This document shows, in pieces, positions 44,427 to 53,759 of a stretch of 64,000 nucleotides of DNA (positions within the stretch are counted from its first letter, which is position 1; each line of letters opens with the position of its first letter). The translations under genes were made by a program, and so were the position numbers. Origin of the DNA: an uncultured Clostridia bacterium (GTDB taxonomy: Bacteria; Bacillota; Clostridia; TANB77; CAG-508); assembly GCA_963559365.1 (NCBI GenBank), contig CAUWKC010000001.1, positions 57,459 through 121,458 of the forward strand, given 5' to 3'. The notes under the pieces are model-generated. The model did not search any database. It was not told the DNA's origin and saw only the letters and a list, made by a program, of their open reading frames with translations.

Positions 44427-45611
44427 ATGAATAAAAAAACAGTAAAGGATATAGAATTAAAAGGAAAAAAAGTATTAGTACGTTGTGACTTCAACGTGCC
44501 GATGGATGAAAATCAAAATATAAGAGACAACACAAGAATCATAGCAGCTTTGCCAACCATCAAATATCTACTAGAAAATAACTGTGCAATTATATTATGT
44601 TCACATTTAGGAAGGCCAAAAGGAGAATTTAAGCCAGAATTTTCATTAAAACCAGTAGCACAAGAATTATCTAAACAATTGAATCAAGAAATCATCATGG
44701 CAAACGATGTTATTGGAGAAGATGCTAAGACAAAAGCAGAAAAATTGAAACCAGGAGAAATTTTATTATTAGAAAATGTAAGATTTCATAAAGAAGAAAC
44801 TGATAATGATACAGAATTTGCCAAACAATTAGCAAGTATGGCAGAAATCTATGTAAGTGATGCATTTGGAGCAGTTCATAGAGCACATGCTTCTACAGCA
44901 GGAGTGGCACAATATTTACCAGCAGTATCTGGATTTTTAATTGAAAAAGAATTGAAATTTTTAGGAAATGCAGTTTCTAATCCAGAAAGACCATTTATTG
45001 CTATATTAGGAGGTGCTAAAGTTTCTGACAAAATAGCGGTAATAGACAATCTGTTAGAAAAAGTTGATACACTAATAATTGGTGGCGGAATGGCATATAC
45101 ATTCTTTAAAGCACAAGGATATGAAGTAGGAAAATCAATTTGTGAATTAGATAAACTAGAATTAGCAAAAAAATTGATAGAAAAAGCAAAAGAAAAAGGA
45201 GTTAAATTAATGCTTCCTATAGATATAAAAATAGGAAAAGAATGTGAAATAGATACAGAAACAAGAACAGTAAAATATGATGAAATTCCAGAAGGTTGGG
45301 AAGGTTTAGACATAGGAGAAGAAACAATAAAATTATATGCAGAAGAATTAAAAAAAGCAAAAACCGTGGTATGGAATGGACCATTGGGAGTATTTGAATT
45401 AGAGCCATTTGCTATTGGAACTAATGAAATTGCAAAAGTATTATCAGAAATCGAAGCGACCACGATTATAGGCGGAGGAGATTCAGCTTCAGCAGTAAAA
45501 AAGATAGGATTACAAAACAAAATAACTCACATATCAACAGGAGGAGGAGCCTCACTAGAATTTTTAGAGGGGAAAAAATTACCAGGAATTGAATGTCTAT
45601 TAAATAAATAA
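44427..45611 (+). CDS. pgk: phosphoglycerate kinase
   Basis: 394 aa; [15 protein letters not shown]. Confidence 0.95.
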   Translation: MNKKTVKDIELKGKKVLVRCDFNVPMDENQNIRDNTRIIAALPTIKYLLENNCAIILCSHLGRPKGEFKPEFSLKPVAQELSKQLNQEIIMANDVIGEDAKTKAEKLKPGEILLLENVRFHKEETDNDTEFAKQLASMAEIYVSDAFGAVHRAHASTAGVAQYLPAVSGFLIEKELKFLGNAVSNPERPFIAILGGAKVSDKIAVIDNLLEKVDTLIIGGGMAYTFFKAQGYEVGKSICELDKLELAKKLIEKAKEKGVKLMLPIDIKIGKECEIDTETRTVKYDEIPEGWEGLDIGEETIKLYAEELKKAKTVVWNGPLGVFELEPFAIGTNEIAKVLSEIEATTIIGGGDSASAVKKIGLQNKITHISTGGGASLEFLEGKKLPGIECLLNK

Positions 45612-45623
45612 AAGGAGGAAAAT

Positions 45624-46412
45624 ATGAGAAAAAAAGTAATTGCAGGAAATTGGAAAATGAATATGCTACCAAATGAAGCAATCAGCTTTATTGAAGAATT
45701 GGAACCACTAGTAAAAAATACAGAAAATGAAGTTGTGTTATGTGTGCCTTACACAGATTTGTTTTATGCATTATTAACAGCACAAAACACCAATATAAAA
45801 ATTGGAGCGCAAAATATGCACTTTGAAGAAAAAGGAGCATATACAGGTGAAATATCTGGAAAAATGTTAAAATCAATAAATGTAGAATATGTTATCATAG
45901 GTCATTCTGAAAGAAGACAGTATTTCAACGAAACTGATGAAACAGTAAACAAAAAAGTAAAAGCAGCTTTTACCTATGGACTAAAACCAATTGTATGTGT
46001 AGGAGAAACATTAGAACAAAAAGAAGCTGGAAAAACGGTAGAAATTATCACAAAACAAACTGAATTAGCATTAGAAGGACTAAGTGAAGAACAAGTAGCA
46101 AATACTATCATTGCATATGAGCCAATTTGGGCAATTGGAACAGGAAAAACAGCAACTAGTGAAGATGCTAATAACAGTATCAAAGCAATAAGAGAAAAAA
46201 TTGCTGAAATCTATGGACAAAAAGTGTCAGATAGAGTTATAATACAATATGGTGGAAGTGTAAAAAGCAGTAATGCTAAAGAATTATTTGAAATGTCAGA
46301 TATAGACGGAGGGCTAGTAGGAGGAGCAAGTCTAAAAGCAGACGAATTTAGTAAAATTGTTAATTTTGGTCGTTTTGGGGACGGAGACAAAAACGACCAT
46401 CCAATTAAATAA
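45624..46412 (+). CDS. tpiA: triosephosphate isomerase (C-terminal about 14 aa GRFGDGDKNDHPIK encoded by a repeat element)
   Basis: AGNWKMN, IGHSERR, AYEPIWAIGTG. Confidence 0.9.
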   Translation: MRKKVIAGNWKMNMLPNEAISFIEELEPLVKNTENEVVLCVPYTDLFYALLTAQNTNIKIGAQNMHFEEKGAYTGEISGKMLKSINVEYVIIGHSERRQYFNETDETVNKKVKAAFTYGLKPIVCVGETLEQKEAGKTVEIITKQTELALEGLSEEQVANTIIAYEPIWAIGTGKTATSEDANNSIKAIREKIAEIYGQKVSDRVIIQYGGSVKSSNAKELFEMSDIDGGLVGGASLKADEFSKIVNFGRFGDGDKNDHPIK

Positions 46413-46453
46413 TAAATAAAGAAGGTCGTTTTTGTCTCCGTCCCCAAAACGAC
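46367..46453 (+). repeat. two inverted copies of family 2 element (GGTCGTTTTGGGGACGGAGACAAAAACGACC) forming a long hairpin around the tpiA stop codon
   Basis: 46367-46397 is the reverse complement of 46423-46453. Confidence 0.75.
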
Positions 46454-46477
46454 CTTTCGAGAAAAGGATGGTAAGAA

Positions 46478-48019
46478 ATGAAAGATAAACTAACAATGCT
46501 AATGATATTAGATGGTTTTGGAGATAACCAAAATGAAGATGGAAATGCTATAAAATTAGCCAAAACACCTAATATAGACAAACTTATGAAAAAATATTCA
46601 AATACAGAAATTAATACAAGTGGATTAGCAGTAGGATTACCAGAAGGGCAAATGGGAAATTCAGAAGTAGGACACACAAATATAGGAGCTGGAAGAATTG
46701 TATACCAAGAACTAACAAGAATCACAAAATCAATTGAAGAAGGAAACTTTTTTACAAATCCAGAATTTATGTCAGCAATTGAAAATTGTAAAAAACATAA
46801 ATCAAAATTACACATTTTAGGACTATTATCAGATGGTGGAGTTCATAGCCATAATAGGCATTTATATGGATTGCTAGAAATGGCAAAAAGAAGAGATTTT
46901 GAAGATGTTTATGTACATTGTTTCTTAGATGGTAGAGATACACCACCTGCATCAGCAGAAGGGTATATCATAAAATTACAAGAAAAGATGGCAGAAAAAG
47001 AAATTGGAAAAATTGCTAGCATTTCAGGAAGATTTTATGCCATGGACAGAGATAAAAGATGGGAAAGAGTTGAAAAATGCTATGATGCTATTGTAAATGG
47101 TAAAGGAAAAAAAGCAGGAAGCACTGTAAAAGCAATAGAAGATTCTTATCAAAAAGAAGTATTTGATGAATTTGTAGAACCAACTTTAATTTGCAATGGA
47201 GAAGAGCCAATAGCAACAATTGGAAAACATGACTCAGTTATTTTCTTTAACTTTAGACCAGATAGAGCAAGAGAAATAACAAGAGCAATAGTAGATCCTG
47301 AATTTGATGGATTTGAAACAAAAAAAGATTTAGATTTATATTTTGTATGTTTTACCAATTATGATGAATCTATGCCAAATGTGCATATTGCTTTCCAAAA
47401 AGAGGCACTACAAAATACTTTTGGGGAATATATAAGCGAAAAAGGATATAGTCAATTGCGTATTGCAGAAACTGAAAAATATGCTCATGTTACTTTCTTC
47501 TTTAATGGTGGAGAAGAAAAACAATACAAAGGAGAAGAAAGAATTTTAATACCATCTCCTAAAGTAGAAACATATGACCAAAAGCCAGAAATGAGTGCTT
47601 ATGAAGTAACAGATAAAGTATTAGAAGCAATTGAAAATGACAAATATGATTGTATCATATTGAATTATGCAAATACTGATATGGTAGGACATACAGGAAG
47701 TTTAAAAGCAGCAATAAAAGCAGTAGAAACAGTAGACGAATGTGTAGGAAAAGTTGTAAAATTAGTAGAAAAGAAACAGGGAAACTTATTAATTACAGCA
47801 GACCATGGAAATGCAGAACAAATGATAGATTATAAAACTGGGGATCCACACACTGCACACACAACAAATCCAGTACCACTCATTTTAGTCACTGCTGACA
47901 AAACCTTAAAACTAAAATCAGGAGGAAAATTAGCAGACCTAGCACCAACTATGTTAGATTTGATGAATCTTGAAAAACCGGAAGAAATGACGGGAAATAG
48001 TTTATTAGATAAGGAATAA
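46478..48019 (+). CDS. gpmI: 2,3-bisphosphoglycerate-independent phosphoglycerate mutase
   Basis: 513 aa; ILDGFGD, SDGGVHSH. Confidence 0.9.
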   Translation: MKDKLTMLMILDGFGDNQNEDGNAIKLAKTPNIDKLMKKYSNTEINTSGLAVGLPEGQMGNSEVGHTNIGAGRIVYQELTRITKSIEEGNFFTNPEFMSAIENCKKHKSKLHILGLLSDGGVHSHNRHLYGLLEMAKRRDFEDVYVHCFLDGRDTPPASAEGYIIKLQEKMAEKEIGKIASISGRFYAMDRDKRWERVEKCYDAIVNGKGKKAGSTVKAIEDSYQKEVFDEFVEPTLICNGEEPIATIGKHDSVIFFNFRPDRAREITRAIVDPEFDGFETKKDLDLYFVCFTNYDESMPNVHIAFQKEALQNTFGEYISEKGYSQLRIAETEKYAHVTFFFNGGEEKQYKGEERILIPSPKVETYDQKPEMSAYEVTDKVLEAIENDKYDCIILNYANTDMVGHTGSLKAAIKAVETVDECVGKVVKLVEKKQGNLLITADHGNAEQMIDYKTGDPHTAHTTNPVPLILVTADKTLKLKSGGKLADLAPTMLDLMNLEKPEEMTGNSLLDKE

Positions 48020-48026
48020 AAGGGAA

Positions 48027-48737
48027 ATGTTAAACCACACAAAAAAGGTAAAAGAAATTTATGAAGATATACAAAGAAAACTATATTACATGATACCAGA
48101 AAAATGGGAAAAATTATATTTATATAGTTCAATTTTGGATAAACCAGATAAAGAAGGAAAAACAGGAGAATTATTTTTCTACTATATTCCAAAAGGCATT
48201 TTCAAAAAAAAGCCAGTAAATGTATATCAGATACCATCTAAATTCAATTTAGATGAAAACCAATATTTAAAATTAGTCCAAATATTATATAATAAAATCA
48301 AAGAATTAAGAAAAGAATTTCAAAAATCAGAAAGAAATGATATTTGGACTAATATAACCATGTCAATTCAAAGTTTAAAATTTAAAGTAGAATATGATTA
48401 TACAGATTTAAATAATTCAGATTTTTCTAGTTATGAAAGACATGTAATATGGCGTTATGAAAATTTGGGAATTGGAGAAGAACAAGTAAGTAAAGAAGAT
48501 AGGGAAATTTTAAGACGTTACAAATTAGGAGCTAGAACCTTATCAAGAAAAGAACATTATGATTCTGGGATTTATATTCAAGATATAGAAAATGTCATTG
48601 CATATCGAACAGAAGAATATGAAAAAGAAAAAAATGTAGAATATGTAACAGAAAAAACAACAGGAGAAAAACGAAAAAATCAAATTTTAGTAGCTAAAGA
48701 AGAAATAGAAAAAAAGAAAAATCAATCTAGTTATTAA
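48027..48737 (+). CDS. DUF600-like immunity-protein-family protein with C-terminal extension
   Basis: N-terminal region LYYMIPEKWEKLYLYSSI resembles DUF600 (..MIPVEWEKVY..). Confidence 0.4.
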   Translation: MLNHTKKVKEIYEDIQRKLYYMIPEKWEKLYLYSSILDKPDKEGKTGELFFYYIPKGIFKKKPVNVYQIPSKFNLDENQYLKLVQILYNKIKELRKEFQKSERNDIWTNITMSIQSLKFKVEYDYTDLNNSDFSSYERHVIWRYENLGIGEEQVSKEDREILRRYKLGARTLSRKEHYDSGIYIQDIENVIAYRTEEYEKEKNVEYVTEKTTGEKRKNQILVAKEEIEKKKNQSSY

Positions 48738-48795
48738 ATTTTAGGAAGATACCTAAATCAAAAATAAAAGAAGAAATGAAAGGAGCAATTGAAAA

Positions 48796-49488
48796 ATGAT
48801 TTATTCAAAAGAATTAGAAGAAATGTGTAGTGTAGCAAAAGGAGTAAACCACGGACCAGCACCAATTCCAGAAGAAGGAAAATGGGTAAAAGCAAAAGAA
48901 ATTAAAGATATTTCAGGGCTAACACACGGTATTGGATGGTGTGCTCCACAGCAAGGTGCTTGTAAATTAACATTAAATGTAAAAGATGGAATTATTCAAG
49001 AAGCACTAATTGAAACAATTGGATGTTCAGGAATGACACACTCAGCTGCTATGGCAGGAGAAATATTAACAGGAAAAACATTGTTAGAAGCATTAAATAC
49101 AGATTTAGTATGTGATGCAATCAATACAGCAATGAGAGAATTATTCTTACAAATTGTATATGGTAGAACACAAACAGCTTTTTCAGAAGGAGGACTTCCA
49201 GTAGGAGCAGGTTTAGAAGATTTAGGAAAAGGACATACAAGTCAAGTAGGTACTATTTATTCAAGTACATTAAAAGGACCTAGATATTTAAATTTAGCAG
49301 AGGGATACATAGTTGAAATTGGATTAGATAAAGATGACCAAATTATTGGTTACAAATATGTTCATTTAGGAAAAATGATGGATAACATCAAAAAAGGTAT
49401 TGATCCTCAAGAAGCAATTGAAAAAGCTTCTGGTACTTATGGAAGATTTGATGAGGCAGTTAAGAAAATAGACCCAAGACAAAATTAA
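48796..49488 (+). CDS. conserved hypothetical Cys-containing protein, partner of the GGGtGRT protein
   Basis: 230 aa; ETIGCSGMTHSAAMAG. Confidence 0.45.
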   Translation: MIYSKELEEMCSVAKGVNHGPAPIPEEGKWVKAKEIKDISGLTHGIGWCAPQQGACKLTLNVKDGIIQEALIETIGCSGMTHSAAMAGEILTGKTLLEALNTDLVCDAINTAMRELFLQIVYGRTQTAFSEGGLPVGAGLEDLGKGHTSQVGTIYSSTLKGPRYLNLAEGYIVEIGLDKDDQIIGYKYVHLGKMMDNIKKGIDPQEAIEKASGTYGRFDEAVKKIDPRQN

Positions 49489-49527
49489 TTAAAATCTTAA
49501 AAAGAATAAAAAATAGGAGGAATAAAA

Positions 49528-50529
49528 ATGGCAGTAACATTTGAAAGTTATGAAAGAAGAATAGACCAAATAAAACCAGTAATGGAAAAATATGGAATCA
49601 ATGGTTTCGAAGATGCATTAGAAATTTGTAAAGAAAAAGGATTTAATCCATATGAAATTGTAAAAGGAGTGCAACCAATTTGTTTTGAAAATGCTGCATG
49701 GGCATATACATTAGGAGCAGCAATTGCCATAAAACAAGGATGTACAAAAGCAGCAGATGCTGCAAAAGCAATAGGAGAAGGATTACAAGCTTTCTGTATA
49801 CCAGGTTCAGTAGCAGATGACAGAAAAGTAGGATTAGGACATGGAAATTTAGCTTCTATGTTATTATCAGAAGATACAAAATGTTTTGCATTTTTAGCAG
49901 GACACGAATCATTTGCAGCAGCAGAAGGAGCAATTGGAATTGCTAAATCTGCAAACAAAGTAAGAAAAGAACCATTAAGAGTTATATTAAATGGATTAGG
50001 AAAAGATGCTGCACAAGTTATTTCAAGAATTAATGGATTTACCTATGTAAAAACAGACTTTGATTTCTTTACTGGAAAGGTAAAAGTAGTAGAAGAAATT
50101 GCTTACTCAGATGGAGAAAGAAGCAAAGTTAGATGTTATGGAGCAAATGACGTTAGAGAAGGTGTTGCTATCATGTGGATGGAAGATGTAGATGTATCTA
50201 TTACAGGAAATTCTACAAACCCAACAAGATTCCAACATCCAGTAGCAGGAACATATAAAAAAGAAAGAATAGCAGAAAACAAAAAATATTTCTCAGTAGC
50301 ATCAGGAGGAGGAACAGGAAGAACATTGCATCCAGATAATATGGCAGCTGGACCAGCTTCTTATGGAATGACAGATACTATGGGAAGAATGCATTCAGAT
50401 GCACAATTTGCAGGTTCATCTTCTGTACCAGCTCACGTAGAAATGATGGGACTAATTGGAATGGGAAATAACCCAATGGTTGGTGCATCAGTAGCAGTAG
50501 CAGTAGCAGTAGAAGAAGCAATGAAATAA
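49528..50529 (+). CDS. GGGtGRT-family conserved hypothetical protein
   Basis: Literal VASGGGTGRTLHP motif. Confidence 0.6.
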   Translation: MAVTFESYERRIDQIKPVMEKYGINGFEDALEICKEKGFNPYEIVKGVQPICFENAAWAYTLGAAIAIKQGCTKAADAAKAIGEGLQAFCIPGSVADDRKVGLGHGNLASMLLSEDTKCFAFLAGHESFAAAEGAIGIAKSANKVRKEPLRVILNGLGKDAAQVISRINGFTYVKTDFDFFTGKVKVVEEIAYSDGERSKVRCYGANDVREGVAIMWMEDVDVSITGNSTNPTRFQHPVAGTYKKERIAENKKYFSVASGGGTGRTLHPDNMAAGPASYGMTDTMGRMHSDAQFAGSSSVPAHVEMMGLIGMGNNPMVGASVAVAVAVEEAMK

Positions 50530-50542
50530 GTTGATCATTTAT

Positions 50543-50573
50543 GGTCATTTTTGGGACGGAGAAGAAAATGACC
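50543..50573 (+). repeat. family 2 hairpin element GGTCATTTTTGGGACGGAGAAGAAAATGACC
   Basis: Sequence. Confidence 0.7.
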
Positions 50574-50607
50574 ATAAAAGGATATCTTTTATTATAAATA
50601 GAGTAAA

Positions 50608-50640
50608 AAAATTAGGAGAATAAATATCTCCTAATTTTTG
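50608..50640. terminator. bidirectional terminator (ATTAGGAGA/TCTCCTAAT stem) between convergent genes
   Basis: Sequence. Confidence 0.65.
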
Positions 50641-50647
50641 TTTAAAA

Positions 50648-51577
50648 TTATTCTTCTGTTTTATCAGCTTTTTTGTTAGATTTTTTTTCTTTTACTATTT
50701 CTGACATAGCACCTAAAGAACTTAAAGCACTTGTTGCTTCAAAAGGAATAAATACTTTATTAGCATCTCCTCTAGCAACTTCTTCTAAAGCTTCTAAAGA
50801 TTTTAATTGTACTAATTTATCATTAGGATCTGCTTTTTTCATAGCATCATAAACCATTTGAATTTCTTTTGCTTTAGCTTCAGCTACTTCCTTAATAGCT
50901 TGTGCTTCACCGGCAGCTCTACGAATTTGAGCTTCTCTATCAGCTTCAGCTTCCAAAATAGCAGCTTGTTTTTTACCTTCTGCAATAGTAATAGCAGATT
51001 GTCTTTGTGCTTCTGATTCAAGAATTAAAGCTCTTTTATTTCTTTCAGCATTCATTTCTTTTTCCATCGCATCTCTGATATCAGCAGGTGGAGTAATATC
51101 TTTAATTTCTACACGGTCTATTTTGCATCCCCATTTATCAGTTGCTTCATCTAAAACAAGACGTAATTGATGGTTAATACCATCTCGTGAACTAAATGTT
51201 TCATCTAAATCCATTTTACCAATAATATCACGAATAGTGGTAATAGCAAGATATTCAATACCTTTTTTCAAGCTTTGAATTTCATATACTGCTTTTGCAG
51301 GATCTGTTATTTGATAGAAAACAACAGTATCAATTGTAATTGTAACATTATCTTTTGTAATAACACCTTGAGGTGGAACATCCATAGTTTGTTGTTTTAA
51401 ACTAACGACACTTCTTACATGGTCAAAAAATGGAATAATGATGGTAAGACCAGCGTCAGCTACTTTATAGAACTTACCTAATCTTTCAATAATGTAAACC
51501 TCAGATTGTTTAACAATTTTAATAGACATGATAGCTATTACTAAAACTATAATAAGTAAAATTAATAAAAATAACAT
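50648..51577 (-). CDS. SPFH/band-7 (stomatin-like) protein
   Basis: N-terminal TM plus SPFH domain and A/E-rich coiled coil. Confidence 0.8.
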   Translation of the reverse strand: MLFLLILLIIVLVIAIMSIKIVKQSEVYIIERLGKFYKVADAGLTIIIPFFDHVRSVVSLKQQTMDVPPQGVITKDNVTITIDTVVFYQITDPAKAVYEIQSLKKGIEYLAITTIRDIIGKMDLDETFSSRDGINHQLRLVLDEATDKWGCKIDRVEIKDITPPADIRDAMEKEMNAERNKRALILESEAQRQSAITIAEGKKQAAILEAEADREAQIRRAAGEAQAIKEVAEAKAKEIQMVYDAMKKADPNDKLVQLKSLEALEEVARGDANKVFIPFEATSALSSLGAMSEIVKEKKSNKKADKTEE

Positions 51578-51631
51578 ATATTTTTCCTCCTTAAAAATAA
51601 AATATTAATATATGTATAGTTAAATTAAAAA

Positions 51632-52060
51632 CTATTTTTGAACAGGTGAAACAATTGCTTTTACACCTTTGATTTCTATAATCTCTACCTCGGTACCTTT
51701 AGGAATTTGGATATCATTTACACCAACAGCAGACCAAACTTCACCATCAACTTTGATTTGCCCGATTGCTTGAATAGAATCAATATCTTGTGTTACAACA
51801 CCAACTTTACCTATATTAGAATATACATTTGTTTTTGCATTATTATTATGAGCAAATTTTTTAACAAATGGTTTAGTTGCAAAAATTAAAATAGTAGAAG
51901 AAATAACAAATACAGCCATTTGGATGATTAAATTATTGGTAAAGAAACTAACTATCATTGCTAGTAAAGCACCTATTGATAACCAAAAAATTAAAAATCC
52001 AACCGTCATAATTTCAACAATTAAACATACACCTGCTATCAATAACCAAATTTGCCACAT
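51632..52060 (-). CDS. NfeD-family membrane protein (stomatin operon partner)
   Basis: 3 TM plus C-terminal OB-fold; directly upstream of the stomatin gene. Confidence 0.7.
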   Translation of the reverse strand: MWQIWLLIAGVCLIVEIMTVGFLIFWLSIGALLAMIVSFFTNNLIIQMAVFVISSTILIFATKPFVKKFAHNNNAKTNVYSNIGKVGVVTQDIDSIQAIGQIKVDGEVWSAVGVNDIQIPKGTEVEIIEIKGVKAIVSPVQK

Positions 52061-52152
52061 AGGTATTTTCCTCCTTTGATACCAACTATTACTATTATAG
52101 CATATATTTATGAAAAAGGGAATAGATTTATGTTAATTTTTAGTCTTTTTAA

Positions 52153-52249
52153 GGTCTTTTTTGGGACGGAGAAGAAAAAGACCATTTTTATAAACAATAT
52201 GATTTGTCTATCTGAAATGGTCTTTTTCTTCTCCGTCCCAAAAAAGACC
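52153..52249 (+). repeat. two family 2 elements in inverted orientation (52153-52179 and 52215-52249); the ORF-track calls 52052-52315 and 52108-52365 across them are spurious
   Basis: GGTCTTTTTTGGGACGGAGAAGAAAAAGACC and its reverse complement. Confidence 0.75.
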
Positions 52250-52326
52250 CCAAAAGACCATTTTAAAAATTTGTATAAAACTAAAAAATTTGCACATAAC
52301 AATAAAAGAAAGTGAGAGTGTATAAA

Positions 52327-52533
52327 ATGAAAGAAAATAATAAAAAGCAACAAAAAGAAAAACAAGTTGAATATGGTGTAATGGAAGTAGGAGAGGATGC
52401 TAGTAAATATGGAGAATTTATTTCTAGTTATTTTGCATGGGTATCATTACCAGAACAAAAAGAAAGAGTAGAAGAATTACAAGAAATGACAAAAAATAAT
52501 AAGAAAGAGAGAAAAAAAGAGAAAAAGGAATAA
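52327..52533 (+). CDS. possible small K/E-rich protein (68 aa)
   Basis: ORF with weak RBS; low complexity. Confidence 0.25.
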   Translation: MKENNKKQQKEKQVEYGVMEVGEDASKYGEFISSYFAWVSLPEQKERVEELQEMTKNNKKERKKEKKE

Positions 52534-52557
52534 AAAAGAAAAGAAAAAGAAGATAAA

Positions 52558-52574
52558 GGTCAAAGAAAGTCAAA
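52558..52574 (+). promoter_or_regulatory. CtsR operator 1 (GGTCAAAGAAAGTCAAA)
   Basis: Matches the CtsR heptad direct repeat A/GGTCAAAnAnA/GGTCAAA. Confidence 0.7.
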
Positions 52575-52582
52575 AAACAAAT

Positions 52583-52610
52583 TTGAAAAAAGAAAAAAAA
52601 CAAGTATAAT
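52583..52610 (+). promoter_or_regulatory. ctsR operon promoter (TTGAAA-16-TATAAT)
   Basis: Sequence. Confidence 0.55.
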
Positions 52611-52619
52611 AATATTGTA

Positions 52620-52641
52620 AGTCAAAGAAAGTCAAAGTCAA
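52620..52641 (+). promoter_or_regulatory. CtsR operator 2 (AGTCAAAGAAAGTCAAAGTCAA) just downstream of the -10
   Basis: CtsR consensus. Confidence 0.7.
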
Positions 52642-52674
52642 CAATAGGGATTAAAAAGACTGTCCCTACTGTAT
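52639..52674 (+). repeat. partial family 1 element (ACAATAGGGA..GACTGTCCCTACTGT) in the ctsR leader
   Basis: Sequence. Confidence 0.45.
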
Positions 52675-52690
52675 CAAAGGAGTGAAAGTT

Positions 52691-53134
52691 ATGAGGATGT
52701 CAGATGTTATAGAAGAATTTATTAAAGAATTGTTTGATGAAAATGATGCGATTGAAATACAGAGAAATGAATTGGCAGAGCAATTTAATTGTGTTCCTTC
52801 ACAGATTAATTATGTTATTGCTACTAGATTTAAACCATCACAAGGTTATTATGTGGAAAGTAGAAGAGGCGGTGGTGGTCATATTACTATTAAAAAAGTG
52901 AATAATACAAAATCTGATTATATTATGCATATTATAAATAATATAGGAGGTGAAATAACATCTAATGAGGTTGATATTTTATTAAGTGATTTTTTGACTT
53001 ATGATATTTTACAGCCTAAAGAGGCAAAATTGTTAAAGGTAGCAACAAGTGATAATGTTTTACAATTGGATAAAGATATAAAGGACAGTGTTAGAGCAAG
53101 AATTTTTAAAAATATGTTGCTTAATTTAGAGTAA
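52691..53134 (+). CDS. ctsR: class III stress gene repressor CtsR
   Basis: HTH plus glycine-rich loop RRGGGGHI. Confidence 0.9.
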   Translation: MRMSDVIEEFIKELFDENDAIEIQRNELAEQFNCVPSQINYVIATRFKPSQGYYVESRRGGGGHITIKKVNNTKSDYIMHIINNIGGEITSNEVDILLSDFLTYDILQPKEAKLLKVATSDNVLQLDKDIKDSVRARIFKNMLLNLE

Positions 53135-53137
53135 AAA

Positions 53138-53166
53138 GGGATTTTAAGGAACGTCCCTAAAATCCC
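53138..53166 (+). repeat. hairpin GGGATTTTA..TAAAATCCC with GGAACGTCCC loop (family 2 core, reverse orientation) between ctsR and mcsA
   Basis: Sequence. Confidence 0.5.
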
Positions 53167-53187
53167 TAAAAAAAGGAGGAATTAAAA

Positions 53188-53748
53188 ATGTTGTGTGATA
53201 ATTGTGGAAAGAGAGAAGCTAATGTGAGGTATTCTGAAAATATAAATGGAAGAAAAAAAGAATTGAATTTATGTGAAGAATGTAGTCGTAAGTTGGGGGT
53301 TGGACATATGGATTTTAATATGCCAATTGATTTTACTAGTTTTTTTGGAGATGTTTGGGAGGAGCTTTCAACACCAGAGTTTATGCCTTTATTCCAAGGT
53401 GTAAAAGCTTTGAAATGTGATAATTGTGGATATACTTTTGAAGATATTACAAATACAGGTAAATTGGGTTGTGGTAATTGCTATGAAGTATTTGAAGAAA
53501 GGTTAGACCCTATTATACGAAGAATTCAAGGTGCTAATCGCCATGTGGGTAGAGTTGGAAAAGTTTTGGATAATAAAATTGATAAAAAAATGTCAAAAGA
53601 TGAAATTGTTAAAAATGATACTGAAAAAATAAATAAGAAAGAAAATCAAGTAGATAAATTGCAGGATGAGTTGAAACAAGCTATTAAGGAAGAAAGATAC
53701 GAAGATGCAGCAAAAATAAGAGATAAAATTAAAAAATTAGAAAAATAG
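53188..53748 (+). CDS. mcsA: McsA (zinc-finger / UVR-domain activator of McsB)
   Basis: CDNCG..CEEC, CDNCGY..CGNC, UVR motif at C-terminus. Confidence 0.85.
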   Translation: MLCDNCGKREANVRYSENINGRKKELNLCEECSRKLGVGHMDFNMPIDFTSFFGDVWEELSTPEFMPLFQGVKALKCDNCGYTFEDITNTGKLGCGNCYEVFEERLDPIIRRIQGANRHVGRVGKVLDNKIDKKMSKDEIVKNDTEKINKKENQVDKLQDELKQAIKEERYEDAAKIRDKIKKLEK

Positions 53749-53759
53749 GAGGAAAATTA

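Noticed and set aside
44876-45520. 214 aa minus-strand ORF inside pgk
   Set aside because: Antisense of a highly conserved glycolytic gene; low-complexity.
52052-52365. ORFs 52052-52315 (+) and 52108-52365 (-)
   Set aside because: Both read through a pair of inverted repeat elements; their mirrored peptide sequences (..FFGTEKKKTI..) are an artefact of the palindrome.
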